Shown here piece by piece: positions 1-9,248 of a stretch of DNA of 64,000 nt; position 1 is the stretch's first letter, and each line of letters starts with the position of its first letter. Where the stretch lies: the IMG/VR virus record IMGVR_UViG_3300042391_000580; one strand, 5' to 3'. The notes under the pieces were generated by a model. It was not told the origin of the DNA, did not search any database, and saw only the letters and a list, made by a program, of their open reading frames with translations. Origin of the DNA: a virus. Lineage: Duplodnaviria; Heunggongvirae; Uroviricota; Caudoviricetes. The position numbers and the translations under genes are program-made.

Positions 1-17
1 TATATAGAAATTTAATT

Positions 18-239
18 ATGAATACAATAGAACAAGCAAAACAAGTATTAAGAGACAACGGATATTACGTTGATAATCTTTGGAGTGTAGAAGACGTAGT
101 AAGTAACTATAATTGTACAGACGAGGAGGCACAAGAGGTGCTAGATGGGGCATTACAAAATAATGCTACAATGGAACAAATTTGGTATGCTATTAATTAC
201 CATGCAGAAGAAATAGGGTTAACTAAAATAGAGCAGTAA
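18..239 (+). CDS. hypothetical protein (73 aa)
   Basis: ORF track; tightly packed with downstream ORFs; no recognisable motif. Confidence 0.45.
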   Translation: MNTIEQAKQVLRDNGYYVDNLWSVEDVVSNYNCTDEEAQEVLDGALQNNATMEQIWYAINYHAEEIGLTKIEQ

Positions 240-424
240 TGATGTTAGCAATAGCAATTATACTAGGTATCGCTATGATACTTAATATTGTAGAGACAAA
301 TGGTAACTATAATGTATTAATGGCATCAGCATTAGTAATATCTTTGTGGGGGTTAAGTCTTACACTTGCAATAATAGTGTTAGTAGTTTTGATTTTGATC
401 GGTATAAGCTGTTTAATGAAATAG
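239..424 (+). CDS. small hydrophobic membrane protein (61 aa, two predicted TM helices)
   Basis: ORF track; sequence almost entirely hydrophobic (ILGIAMILNIV..., LVISLWGLSLTLAIIVLVVLILIGI). Confidence 0.45.
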   Translation: MMLAIAIILGIAMILNIVETNGNYNVLMASALVISLWGLSLTLAIIVLVVLILIGISCLMK

Positions 425-426
425 TA

Positions 427-591
427 ATGACTTATATTGTATTCGAGTATAACTTGAAGTCAAACACCTTTGGCAAAGTAGTAAAGAAAGGTTTAACAAA
501 AGAGAAAGCCAAGTCCCTAGTTACAGAGCTAGGGGTTGGTTATTCTTATGGGGAAACAAATAGAATGTTAGAAGATTTTAAACTAAAATAA
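427..591 (+). CDS. hypothetical protein (54 aa; internal ATG of track ORF 346..591, starts just after stop of the 239..424 ORF)
   Basis: ATG at 427 follows TAG 422-424; the longer 346 start would overlap the membrane-protein ORF by 79 nt. Confidence 0.35.
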   Translation: MTYIVFEYNLKSNTFGKVVKKGLTKEKAKSLVTELGVGYSYGETNRMLEDFKLK

Positions 592-595
592 TATT

Positions 596-820
596 ATGGA
601 CATTAGAATAAATATAGTAGAAGTAGCTACAATACTTGCAGATAGAGACCTAATAACTTCATTTGGAGATGAGGGAGGTAAGCATAGATTTCCAAATGGT
701 ATCATACTAGACCTAGATGATGAGACTTCTCACACAGAAGAGGCACAAGACTATGTTAATGCAAGATACGATTATTGGTATGACTTTTTGTGGGACTTAA
801 AAAGAGCAGAGTATGAATAA
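596..820 (+). CDS. hypothetical protein
   Basis: ORF track; 4-nt gaps/overlaps with neighbours typical of phage early operon. Confidence 0.45.
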   Translation: MDIRINIVEVATILADRDLITSFGDEGGKHRFPNGIILDLDDETSHTEEAQDYVNARYDYWYDFLWDLKRAEYE

Positions 821-1037
821 GGATAACTTACTTCTCAACATAACAGATGTTAATGATTTTCTGTTAGACGACACAAGATGCTCTAAAGAGCAGAAAGAAG
901 AGATTATTAGTACTCTATGGGGTATCAATCAAGTAAGGGGCAGAAAGTGGGTTTTTAGCCACGATTGGAAAGAGTACATCATTGATGAGTACAACGAGCA
1001 TAACGACTTCATAAAAACCTATACATTTAAAGTATGA
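813..1037 (+). CDS. hypothetical protein
   Basis: ORF track; start overlaps previous stop. Confidence 0.45.
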   Translation: MNKDNLLLNITDVNDFLLDDTRCSKEQKEEIISTLWGINQVRGRKWVFSHDWKEYIIDEYNEHNDFIKTYTFKV

Positions 1038-1237
1038 ATACAAGAAAAACAAAATTAGTAGAGATAGATATTACCCTAAATACTGGGTTTAATATGTTTT
1101 TGAACCCAAATGTAGTAACTCTAAGATTTGACAAAAAAGTTTTAGACAGTACTCCAAGTAGAGAGGTTAAGTTAGGGCTAGAGACCACGCATAAAACTAG
1201 CATGGCAAAGTCAGCAAAAAACAAAAATAAAAAGTAA
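1034..1237 (+). CDS. hypothetical basic protein (K-rich C-terminus)
   Basis: ORF track; ATGA overlap with upstream ORF. Confidence 0.4.
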   Translation: MNTRKTKLVEIDITLNTGFNMFLNPNVVTLRFDKKVLDSTPSREVKLGLETTHKTSMAKSAKNKNKK

Positions 1238-1240
1238 GAT

Positions 1241-1471
1241 ATGGCAGATACATTTTTAATAAATAATATAGCAGCAAGTATTGTAAGTGAAACGGCTACA
1301 ATCACAGGGAAAGCTTCTCTAAGCCCCAATAAGATGAAAATTCAAATGGACGGAACTCAACTTGAGGACTTTACAAAGGGTATTGCAAATCAAGAGATAC
1401 AATCACAAGCAAACATTGACTTTATAAAAGGGTTAGTGTTAGAGGTGTTGGCAGAACAAAATTTGATATAG
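1241..1471 (+). CDS. hypothetical protein
   Basis: ORF track. Confidence 0.4.
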   Translation: MADTFLINNIAASIVSETATITGKASLSPNKMKIQMDGTQLEDFTKGIANQEIQSQANIDFIKGLVLEVLAEQNLI

Positions 1472-1607
1472 TATGATAGCATGGTTAATTTTGTTAATAT
1501 TGGCAATGTATTGGTTAAATAGTTTAAAAAGATTTTAGTATGCCCTTAATAGTAGTAGTAATAATAGTGTTTATTTATATATATTCAAACACATCAAGAT
1601 AAATGAT

Positions 1608-1841
1608 ATGAAAACAATAATCCACGTAAATCAACATGTAATTCGATCAAATAGTAAGAATGGAGAAGAAAAGCCGGTGCTTACTTGTAAGACTTACAAA
1701 GAAAACAAATATGCCAAGGAAGTAGAAATACTAGATGTTGAGGGGAGAGTTGTAGCAAAAGTTATTTATAGCCCAAACAAGCCCCTATCATGTGGGGCTA
1801 AAGTTTGGATAGAGACAGAAAACAAAGTAAATATAATATAA
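1608..1841 (+). CDS. hypothetical protein
   Basis: ORF track. Confidence 0.4.
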   Translation: MKTIIHVNQHVIRSNSKNGEEKPVLTCKTYKENKYAKEVEILDVEGRVVAKVIYSPNKPLSCGAKVWIETENKVNII

Positions 1842-1956
1842 TCTCCAAATTCAGTTGAAATCCTTACAAACCTTGTAATGTTGGTCGTTGTTATGTTCGT
1901 GTCGCTGTACTTTGAATTTAGGAGAGAAAATCATAATGGTACAAATAACAATATAG

Positions 1957-2580
1957 GTGACAATCTGGAAAGACAGATTTAATTTTAAATTAACTAATAT
2001 GAAACTAATAAGAGATTTTAAATATTTTATACGAGAGTTTGATTTTTTAAGAGCTTATAACTCTCCGTTCAAAGCACCAAAATTAAGGTGGTATTGCGGA
2101 AAGATAGCTTTAGGCACACCTTACTTCTACCCTAGAAAGTGGGTAAAATTCACTCCACAAGATGCTGTTGATAAAGCTACAGAGTATGTTAATGATGATA
2201 AGCATATTAAAAAGTCTTTTGAAGAGTGGTACGCTAGTTTTTTAAATTACAGAAAAGCGGTTCCTAGAAAGATAGGCTTTGACTTTGTGCCTCTAGGTTG
2301 GAAGACAAAGTACGATAGTTATAGATTTGAGTGGTCTCCAAGAATAAGTTTTGTATTTATTAAATGGCAGATAGCAGTCACATTTGTAGCAGAACACTCA
2401 GACCAATATTGGGAGAGTTGGCTATACTACACAAGAGAAACTGACAAGACTAAGCCTACAAAAGATAGGATTGCACAATGCAGAAAAGAGGCACGACAAA
2501 CTTGGACTACTCATCACTCAGATGGGACAAAAGAAACAACAAACTACTACAATAAAATATTAAAACGTAAGTGGTTGTAG
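1957..2580 (+). CDS. hypothetical protein (207 aa; true start may be internal MKLIRDF...)
   Basis: ORF track; W/Y-rich, no recognised motif. Confidence 0.45.
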   Translation: MTIWKDRFNFKLTNMKLIRDFKYFIREFDFLRAYNSPFKAPKLRWYCGKIALGTPYFYPRKWVKFTPQDAVDKATEYVNDDKHIKKSFEEWYASFLNYRKAVPRKIGFDFVPLGWKTKYDSYRFEWSPRISFVFIKWQIAVTFVAEHSDQYWESWLYYTRETDKTKPTKDRIAQCRKEARQTWTTHHSDGTKETTNYYNKILKRKWL

Positions 2581-2603
2581 ATAAAAAATAATTTAAAAAA
2601 ATG

Positions 2604-2634
2604 TTGTATGATTAAAAAATTAATCTTACCTTTG
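2604..2634 (+). promoter_or_regulatory. sigma-A-like promoter TTG-N20-TACCTTTG
   Basis: matches Bacteroidetes -33 TTG / -7 TAnnTTTG with the same 23-nt register as the other copies; 21 nt before ATG 2655. Confidence 0.5.
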
Positions 2635-2654
2635 CAAAAAATATTAGTAAAACT

Positions 2655-3017
2655 ATGAAACTATTTAAAAAAGAATTAGTACTAACTCAACAAGAAGAGG
2701 GTATAGTAAATGTAATTAAGAGCATGACTTTTAGGAAAGATTGCCTTATTGAAATAAACCCCGAAACTATGGACTATTTACTATCCATAGAGGACTTGCA
2801 GTATTTTATATTGATAGATTCAGAGGGTGTACAAATATCAAACCATAGCTTTTTTATAACACGAAGATTAAGGTCTAATGTTGTAGATAGTATAAAGAGT
2901 ATAGTAAAAGCTGAAACCTCTGCTAGAAGACAATTAAAAGCAGATAGTATTTTTAACAACGAACTAGAATTATTAACAAAAATAAATAAAGCAATAAATA
3001 ATGGCAGAAGTAAATAG
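2655..3017 (+). CDS. hypothetical protein
   Basis: ORF track; promoter motif TACCTTTG 21 nt upstream. Confidence 0.5.
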   Translation: MKLFKKELVLTQQEEGIVNVIKSMTFRKDCLIEINPETMDYLLSIEDLQYFILIDSEGVQISNHSFFITRRLRSNVVDSIKSIVKAETSARRQLKADSIFNNELELLTKINKAINNGRSK

Positions 3018-3495
3018 TGTGCTTAAAGTATCTGACTTAGTAAAGTTCAGCGAGAAAGATTACCTAGAGACAAAGAAAACTCTAGCTGTAATGGACGAAA
3101 TGGTTCGAGAGTATGTAAAAGGCACAGAGAGCCTAGATGCACTAGAAGACCTAAAGAGAAGATTTAATGGTTACTTAGTTTACCTAGCCGGTTATTATAG
3201 TAAGGTTAGATGCTTTCGTGAGAACTTCGAGTTCTTGGAGGCACAGAGAAAGCGTATAAAGAGTGAGGCGATAGAGGACTTAATAAGACATAGTGAAGAG
3301 AAAATCTCTCAATCTGCTGCTGAAAAAGTAGTATATTCACACCCTTATTACATTGAGCGTATTACCTTGTTAGAGCAGTTGAAACGTTTCTTCTACCTAG
3401 TGGACTTATCTTATCAAAACTATCAAGATGTACAAAGAAGTATCTATCAATCAATCTCTGTCTTAGCAAAAGAAAGGCACTCAACAATATCGTAG
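3001..3495 (+). CDS. hypothetical protein (164 aa)
   Basis: ORF track. Confidence 0.5.
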   Translation: MAEVNSVLKVSDLVKFSEKDYLETKKTLAVMDEMVREYVKGTESLDALEDLKRRFNGYLVYLAGYYSKVRCFRENFEFLEAQRKRIKSEAIEDLIRHSEEKISQSAAEKVVYSHPYYIERITLLEQLKRFFYLVDLSYQNYQDVQRSIYQSISVLAKERHSTIS

Positions 3496-3496
3496 T

Positions 3497-3925
3497 ATGG
3501 GAAGTGTAATAGATTTTATAGAATGTCCACGATGTAAAAGCGAAGATTGTTTCGATGATTACTACTACAAAACCGGAGAAGAGTATATAAGCTGTCCGGA
3601 TTGTGGCTATAATAGGTCTTCTTTTATCAAAAGAGATGATGAGGGTAATATGTTTAAAATAGATGAAGATAAAGACTTTGCTATTGATAATGTAGTAAGA
3701 GAAGAAACTTTGTTAGAAGAGCCTTATTGTGCCTTTATGATAAGGTACGAGGATGGTGTAGGTTCGGGGGGAGCGATCCCAACAAAAGAGGAGTATGATA
3801 TTTTTGTATCAGATATTGTGTCAATTACAAATCAGCCAGACCACAAAATGGAAGAGGTAACAATCAGTAGGTTTGTTGATGGGGAGATTAAGAAAGAAAC
3901 AATTTGGGGACAGACAAAAAAATAA
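3497..3925 (+). CDS. zinc-ribbon protein (CPRC...CPDC)
   Basis: N-terminal CxxC-X18-CxxC pair in translation. Confidence 0.5.
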   Translation: MGSVIDFIECPRCKSEDCFDDYYYKTGEEYISCPDCGYNRSSFIKRDDEGNMFKIDEDKDFAIDNVVREETLLEEPYCAFMIRYEDGVGSGGAIPTKEEYDIFVSDIVSITNQPDHKMEEVTISRFVDGEIKKETIWGQTKK

Positions 3926-3928
3926 GCT

Positions 3929-4291
3929 ATGACTTTAGAAAGACAATATAATAATTTCTTACACGAAAACCCAAACTCAAAGTTTTCGTTTAATGAATGG
4001 AAAGAGTGGCATGGTAATCAAATCAAGCAACAATTAGTTAGTATGATGAGAGCAGATGAAGAGTTAGGTCTATATGAGGAAGTACATGAAGATAACACTG
4101 AGAAGTGGAGAAATAACCCATTACTTATTGATGAAATGGGGCAATATAATTTTCCAAGACGTAGAATGTATAGTGAAGAAGAGTTTAAAGAGTTAGTATA
4201 TCACATGGTTGGTGCATTAGCTAACGCTAATAATATGACATTTAACGGAGCTATACTTGATGAATTTTTTAACAAATTTAAAAAGAAATAA
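3929..4291 (+). CDS. hypothetical protein
   Basis: ORF track. Confidence 0.5.
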   Translation: MTLERQYNNFLHENPNSKFSFNEWKEWHGNQIKQQLVSMMRADEELGLYEEVHEDNTEKWRNNPLLIDEMGQYNFPRRRMYSEEEFKELVYHMVGALANANNMTFNGAILDEFFNKFKKK

Positions 4292-4296
4292 GATTA

Positions 4297-4434
4297 TGAA
4301 AGTAGTTTATATGGAACAGACACTAAAGATGATTGCTAAATTAGAAGGTGTTGCAGAGGCAAAAAAGTTAGAGGCAGAAGGAGAGATAAAGTATGTAGGA
4401 GATACTCCTTATTTATTAATTATAAAAGAATAGT
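4297..4434 (+). CDS. small hypothetical protein (45 aa, MKVVYMEQTLKMIAKLEG...)
   Basis: own translation; fills otherwise empty gap between packed genes; below track cutoff. Confidence 0.3.
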
Positions 4435-4437
4435 AGT

Positions 4438-4704
4438 ATGATACTAGTAGATGGAAGACATGAGTACGATTACTCTTTAGAAGATGATAACGTACATATA
4501 TTAAGATATTCTGATAACGGCTCTTGGACATACCCTAAAGAGGTAGCTATGCAAGTTACAGACGATGGTAATGGACTAATAATAAAGCTCAGTGAAAAAG
4601 GAAGGATTGATTACTCAGAGGCAGAGATGTTACTGATACTTTTAAAATTAATTAATACAGAAAAAACTACTTACGAGGTAGTAACACAAAAAGAAAAACT
4701 ATGA
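4438..4704 (+). CDS. hypothetical protein
   Basis: ORF track; ATGA overlap with next ORF. Confidence 0.45.
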   Translation: MILVDGRHEYDYSLEDDNVHILRYSDNGSWTYPKEVAMQVTDDGNGLIIKLSEKGRIDYSEAEMLLILLKLINTEKTTYEVVTQKEKL

Positions 4705-5084
4705 AAAAGATTTTAATAGCATTATTATTAGTACTTGCAGTATCAACCGGATACTCACAGACACAATTTAGAGAAATTTATTCTCAAACAGCCTTGGTGG
4801 ACAAAGATAATAAATTAACAAGAAAGGTTGGAGAAAATATCTTTATATTTAATTATGGAAGTGAGCCAGTAATCAAACTTTACATGTATGATGGAAGTGT
4901 CAGAATGTTCGATCAAATAACAGACAGACAGTATGGTAAGACAGTGGGGGGGATGACATTCCACTACGCTAGATATGAAGAGAGGTCACAACATTTTACT
5001 GTAACCGTACAACTATTTGATGATAAACAATATGGAGTTAGGCTAGTATTTACAGATGGTCAAACAATTCAGTTTATACATTAG
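4701..5084 (+). CDS. secreted protein with N-terminal signal peptide
   Basis: MKKILIALLLVLAVSTGYSQ signal-peptide-like N-terminus. Confidence 0.5.
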   Translation: MKKILIALLLVLAVSTGYSQTQFREIYSQTALVDKDNKLTRKVGENIFIFNYGSEPVIKLYMYDGSVRMFDQITDRQYGKTVGGMTFHYARYEERSQHFTVTVQLFDDKQYGVRLVFTDGQTIQFIH

Positions 5085-5104
5085 TAAAAAATATTAAAAA
5101 AATA

Positions 5105-5135
5105 TTGCAAGATTAAAAAATAAGTTATATCTTTG
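5105..5135 (+). promoter_or_regulatory. promoter TTGCAAGATTAAAA...TATCTTTGCA
   Basis: TTG 5105-5107, TATCTTTG 5128-5135. Confidence 0.55.
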
Positions 5136-5160
5136 CAGAGAATTTAAAAACAAATAAAAT

Positions 5161-5340
5161 ATGACAATAGAAAAAAAGATTTTAGAAGAAAAAAAAGAGT
5201 TTGCTATGGATTTTGGAGATTGGTTACAATCTATGTGTAAGGATGTAGGAAATGGTAATTGGGAATACAGGATGGATAAAGAATTATATTCTACTTATGA
5301 AATAATAGATATTTTTTTAGAGGGAAGAGAGAACATTTAA
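5161..5340 (+). CDS. small hypothetical protein (59 aa, MTIEKKILEEKKEFAMDFGDWLQSMCK...)
   Basis: own translation; follows promoter 5105-5135; shares identical 21-nt leader with next gene. Confidence 0.35.
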   Translation: MTIEKKILEEKKEFAMDFGDWLQSMCKDVGNGNWEYRMDKELYSTYEIIDIFLEGRENI

Positions 5341-5353
5341 AAACAAATAAAAT

Positions 5354-6445
5354 ATGAAATTATTAAGAGACATCCCTACTAAACATTTTGTAGGCATTGA
5401 CATTGAAACAGTCCGTATTGTAGAAAAGTATGAAGACTTATCTCCGGAGTGGCAATCAGCATGGGAGTACAAGAACAAGCAATCGGGAGAGGTACCTTTC
5501 TTCGAGGAGTTAGCAGACTCTTGGGAAAAGACATCATCTTTGTATGCGGAGTTCAGTAAAGTTTGTGCTGTGAGTATTGTATTTATGATCGGGGAAGACA
5601 AAGCTAAGTACAAAGAGTTCTATGGAGAAGACGAGGCAGTATTACTTACAGACCTTAGAAATTTCTTACAAAGAATGTCAGATGGTGCCGATGGTAAAAA
5701 CTACAGATTGTTAGGGCATGCCGCTAAGTATTTTGATTACCCTTTCTTATGCAAAAGATTTGTAATCAACAGCATTCAAATACCGGTATTGTTAGATACA
5801 GCACACCAAAAACCTTGGGAGAGCAGAAACATGTGTACTAACCAAGACATTTGGAAGATGGGTGGCTCTGGTGCCGGTAGTTCATTACAAGCGTTGTGTA
5901 CTGCACTTAACATACCTATCAGTAAGGTAGACTTAGTAGGGGATGAAGTAGGTAGTGCTTATTACAGAGGAGAGGTAGAAAGAATTGCTCAGTATTGTAC
6001 ATTAGATACGATAGCTACTTTCAATGTAGTTCGTAGAATCAAGGGAGAAAAAGTATTTCAGTTTGATGAAGTTACTCCGGTAAAAGAAAGCACTCAGAAA
6101 GAAGAGTTAAAGTTAGTACCTAAGAAATCGACTATTGCTAAAGCAGTAAACAAAGTAGAAGTACCTAAGAAAGTTGAGGCTGTTGATACAAGAGAGCCGG
6201 AAGATGTACTTTTTGAGAAACTGCCAATATTACATAAGTTAGTAAACGCAACAGAAATTCTACCGGAGACTAGACAAGAACTTACAGAGTTGTTAAAGAA
6301 GAAAAAGATGACTAAGAAAGACAGAGTTATTGTAGAAGACATCTTAGTTAATTTGTATATCAATACAGAGATGTTCAAGTCAGATACATTAATACTACAA
6401 GAAGTAAAAAAAGCAGAAATTCAAGAACTATTAAATAAGATATAA
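5354..6445 (+). CDS. DnaQ-like DEDDy 3'-5' exonuclease with K/E-rich C-terminal extension
   Basis: Exo I VGIDIETV, Exo II GHAAKYFDYPFL, Exo III YCTLDT motifs in translation. Confidence 0.65.
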   Translation: MKLLRDIPTKHFVGIDIETVRIVEKYEDLSPEWQSAWEYKNKQSGEVPFFEELADSWEKTSSLYAEFSKVCAVSIVFMIGEDKAKYKEFYGEDEAVLLTDLRNFLQRMSDGADGKNYRLLGHAAKYFDYPFLCKRFVINSIQIPVLLDTAHQKPWESRNMCTNQDIWKMGGSGAGSSLQALCTALNIPISKVDLVGDEVGSAYYRGEVERIAQYCTLDTIATFNVVRRIKGEKVFQFDEVTPVKESTQKEELKLVPKKSTIAKAVNKVEVPKKVEAVDTREPEDVLFEKLPILHKLVNATEILPETRQELTELLKKKKMTKKDRVIVEDILVNLYINTEMFKSDTLILQEVKKAEIQELLNKI

Positions 6446-7125
6446 TGTTAGACTTACCAAAAGTATATGAGAATGAAGGGGGTAAATACCCCCAACATGT
6501 TGGGAAACCAAAACTTAGTTATTCTGCTTACAACTCCTTTAATGAGGAAGCATACAAAGGGGAGTTTTTTGCTAACTACTTCTTAGGAATCCGAGGAGAG
6601 GGTAACATCTTTACAGACTTTGGTGGAAAGTGTGGGGTATTGTTTGAAACAGACTCTGAGACCTCCGATCTTTCTGATTCTGATGTAGAGGTTATCAAAG
6701 GTGTAGAGAGACCTGCAAATGCTTTGTATGAGGTTGAGATAGTAGTAGACAGAGGTACATATGTTATCCAAGGGTTTATAGATAGAGAATACCTAGATGT
6801 TGAGGGTAATCTTGTTATTGATGATTTAAAGACCGGTGCTATAAAAAGCAAGAAGGCTTTCTACGGAGGCGATGAGTACCAACAGACAACTTTGTATGCT
6901 TATCAGAGAGAATTAGAGGGGGAGCATATTGCTTATTCGGGAGTTATTTTGTTAGATAGAAAAGGTAATGGTCAAGAAAAGCATCCACTAAGATTAACCG
7001 GAGAAATTGAGCGTATACCTACACCTTATTCTAAGAAAAGAGCAGAGGCTTTCCTGAAGTCTTTTGACAAGACTGCAAAAAAGATTGAGGAGTACCATAA
7101 AGTTTATAAAAAATATTTTGCGTAA
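6445..7125 (+). CDS. PD-(D/E)XK family nuclease (RecB/Cas4-like fold)
   Basis: GFIDREYLDVEGNLVIDDLKTG matches the GxIDRxD...IxDYKTG core of RecB-type nucleases; ATGA overlap with exonuclease gene. Confidence 0.55.
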   Translation: MLDLPKVYENEGGKYPQHVGKPKLSYSAYNSFNEEAYKGEFFANYFLGIRGEGNIFTDFGGKCGVLFETDSETSDLSDSDVEVIKGVERPANALYEVEIVVDRGTYVIQGFIDREYLDVEGNLVIDDLKTGAIKSKKAFYGGDEYQQTTLYAYQRELEGEHIAYSGVILLDRKGNGQEKHPLRLTGEIERIPTPYSKKRAEAFLKSFDKTAKKIEEYHKVYKKYFA

Positions 7126-7128
7126 TAC

Positions 7129-7159
7129 TTGCGAGATTAAAATATAGGTTGTATCTTTG
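7129..7159 (+). promoter_or_regulatory. promoter TTGCGAGATTAAAA...TATCTTTGCA
   Basis: TTG 7129-7131, TATCTTTG 7152-7159. Confidence 0.55.
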
Positions 7160-7362
7160 CAGAAGAAATAATAACACATAGAAAGACAAACAAGTAATTA
7201 GATGTAGAGGTATGAGTACACAGAGACTCTCTAGTTACAACACTACAAGAAGTGTTATGTTTGTTGAGTATGATAAGGATAGAAATAATCCCAATAGTAG
7301 ATGTCTCTTTGAAGAATCCGTTTGGTGTAAATACTAAACTATCTTTATCCCAATCTTGATGG

Positions 7363-7545
7363 ATGTGTTATTTTAATAAATTAAAAAGTATGGTAAATAA
7401 AGTAGCAGGAGTAATTCTCCTAGTTTTCGGATGGTTATTCGGAACATTTTGGATTTTTAATCACATCAATGCTTGGGCTGGAATTGCAGTTGGTGTGTTA
7501 GGTTTAATAATTTCAGCAAATCAAATTAGTAAAAAATTAAAGTAA
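7363..7545 (+). CDS. small two-TM membrane protein (holin-like topology)
   Basis: two hydrophobic helices and charged C-terminus KKLK. Confidence 0.4.
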   Translation: MCYFNKLKSMVNKVAGVILLVFGWLFGTFWIFNHINAWAGIAVGVLGLIISANQISKKLK

Positions 7546-7550
7546 GAAAA

Positions 7551-8363
7551 ATGAAAAAAGTTTTAGCAGTATTTTTAGTGTTAGTAGTAGCAGTGGGTTT
7601 TACCTCTTGCGAAAGAGTTGCTCCAAACTATTATGGAGTGTTGATGGAAAATTATGGTAAGGATGGCAAGGATGACTATTCTAAACAACAAGGTAGAGTA
7701 TCTACAATTTCTCCGGGGACAGAGTTATTTCAAGTACCGGCATGGGAACAACGTGGTAAGTTTACTAATGATGAGGGACAAGACAGAACTTTACAAGTAA
7801 AAGCAGCAGATAACACAGCCTTTACATCTAAGCCGTTATATTCATATAAAGTAATTCAAACTAAAGTTGTAGATGTAGTATTCCAAAATTCTAGGTTAGG
7901 TTCTGGAGATGATTTTATGAATGCCTTACAAGACAATGTATTGGAGCCAAGAATCTATGATATTATAAAAGAAGCATCAAGAAGTTATACAACAGAGCAA
8001 TTAATGGCTAATGGTGGTTCATTAAGATTTGAGCAATACGTTCAAGATATAGTTACAAAAGAGTTTGAGAAAGCCGGTTTAGAATTAATTAGTTTCAGTT
8101 TAAACTTAGACTTCTCTAATAAAGTAAAAGCTAAGATTGACTCAAGAAACGAGGTAAATACAAATATCTCTGTTTTGGATCAGCAAATTGCAGAACAAAG
8201 AAAACGTAATGAATTGGAAGTTTTAAGAACTGAGCAAAATAAAATTAGAAGTGCCGGTATTACTCCACAAATATTACAAGAACAAGCAATTCGTAAGTGG
8301 AATGGTCATTTACCAACTACTTATGCAGGAGGTGGCTTACCATTTGTTAAGGCAGTAAACTAA
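7551..8363 (+). CDS. lipoprotein (270 aa) with C-terminal coiled-coil; possible SPFH-like
   Basis: lipobox VGFTSC after signal peptide MKKVLAVFLVLVVA. Confidence 0.5.
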   Translation: MKKVLAVFLVLVVAVGFTSCERVAPNYYGVLMENYGKDGKDDYSKQQGRVSTISPGTELFQVPAWEQRGKFTNDEGQDRTLQVKAADNTAFTSKPLYSYKVIQTKVVDVVFQNSRLGSGDDFMNALQDNVLEPRIYDIIKEASRSYTTEQLMANGGSLRFEQYVQDIVTKEFEKAGLELISFSLNLDFSNKVKAKIDSRNEVNTNISVLDQQIAEQRKRNELEVLRTEQNKIRSAGITPQILQEQAIRKWNGHLPTTYAGGGLPFVKAVN

Positions 8364-8901
8364 TAAAAAATAACCTGTACCCCCGAAAAACTCGTATTTA
8401 AAGATAAGCAGGTTAGCTCTTATATAAAGGGGTATTAGAATAAGAGCAAAGGTGGTGTACCCAACCCGAAATGGGTGCTATTGGTCTCTGAAGAAAAGGG
8501 AACGCTTGTGAGTGGCAGTACATAACTCTCAAAAATAGCTAAGCTGTGTAAAGCACCAGATCTGATAAACTGTGTGAAGCTATGGGTTAAACATTGAATA
8601 CCTTTGTAAGAGAACCGTTATCTGCACCTTTTAGGTAGTAGAGAGCATACGTCATACTTCCATAAAGATACTATCAGTAATGGTAGATGTGTTGTTCCCT
8701 TGAGAAAGGAATGGTTAATAAAGAGATTAGACTTAATTGTTTGCTATCTACAACACAAATGAGTTCTCAGCAAGTAGTTATGAGATTCGAGCCTGCAAAG
8801 TTCTTTGAAGTAACTATGTGACCCTACTCTTGGTCCGGCTACGTAAGCTGATGCCGCTTACATGAAAGAGGGTGCTAAATTTTAATTAAAATAAATATAA
8901 A

Positions 8902-9075
8902 ATGAAAAAGATTTTCTTTTTAATGGCTATTATTTTAGCCTTTAGCGTAACAAGTTGTAAACAAGCTAGTGAAGTAAATTCAGATGCAACAACAGATTCA
9001 ACAGCAGTTCAAGTTGATTCAAATGGTGTAGACACAACAAGTGTTGATACTACTGCTTTAGATACAGTTAAATAG
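8902..9075 (+). CDS. small secreted lipoprotein (57 aa, T/D/V-rich) embedded in RNA island
   Basis: MKKIFFLMAIILAFSVTSC lipobox; below track cutoff; own translation. Confidence 0.35.
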   Translation: MKKIFFLMAIILAFSVTSCKQASEVNSDATTDSTAVQVDSNGVDTTSVDTTALDTVK

Positions 9076-9248
9076 TATTTAAGGATCGAGGCTTCTTCCT
9101 TTGAATGAAGCTACGCTACCGAAATGATAAGTGCCCTCACACGAGGGATTTTTAAAGAATGTTTTGGGTATGTTGGAAGGGGAAACAAGCACTGTGATCA
9201 GTGTGGCATAGAGTTGAGAGTCCGGATGTCAAAACTCTTTTAAGTCCT

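Noticed and set aside
1842-1956. GT-rich 115-nt intergenic stretch (GTTGGTCGTTGTTATGTTCGTGTCGCTG) as a possible regulatory element or small RNA
   Set aside because: No hairpin, repeat or promoter motif could be identified. Noted as an oddity of composition only.
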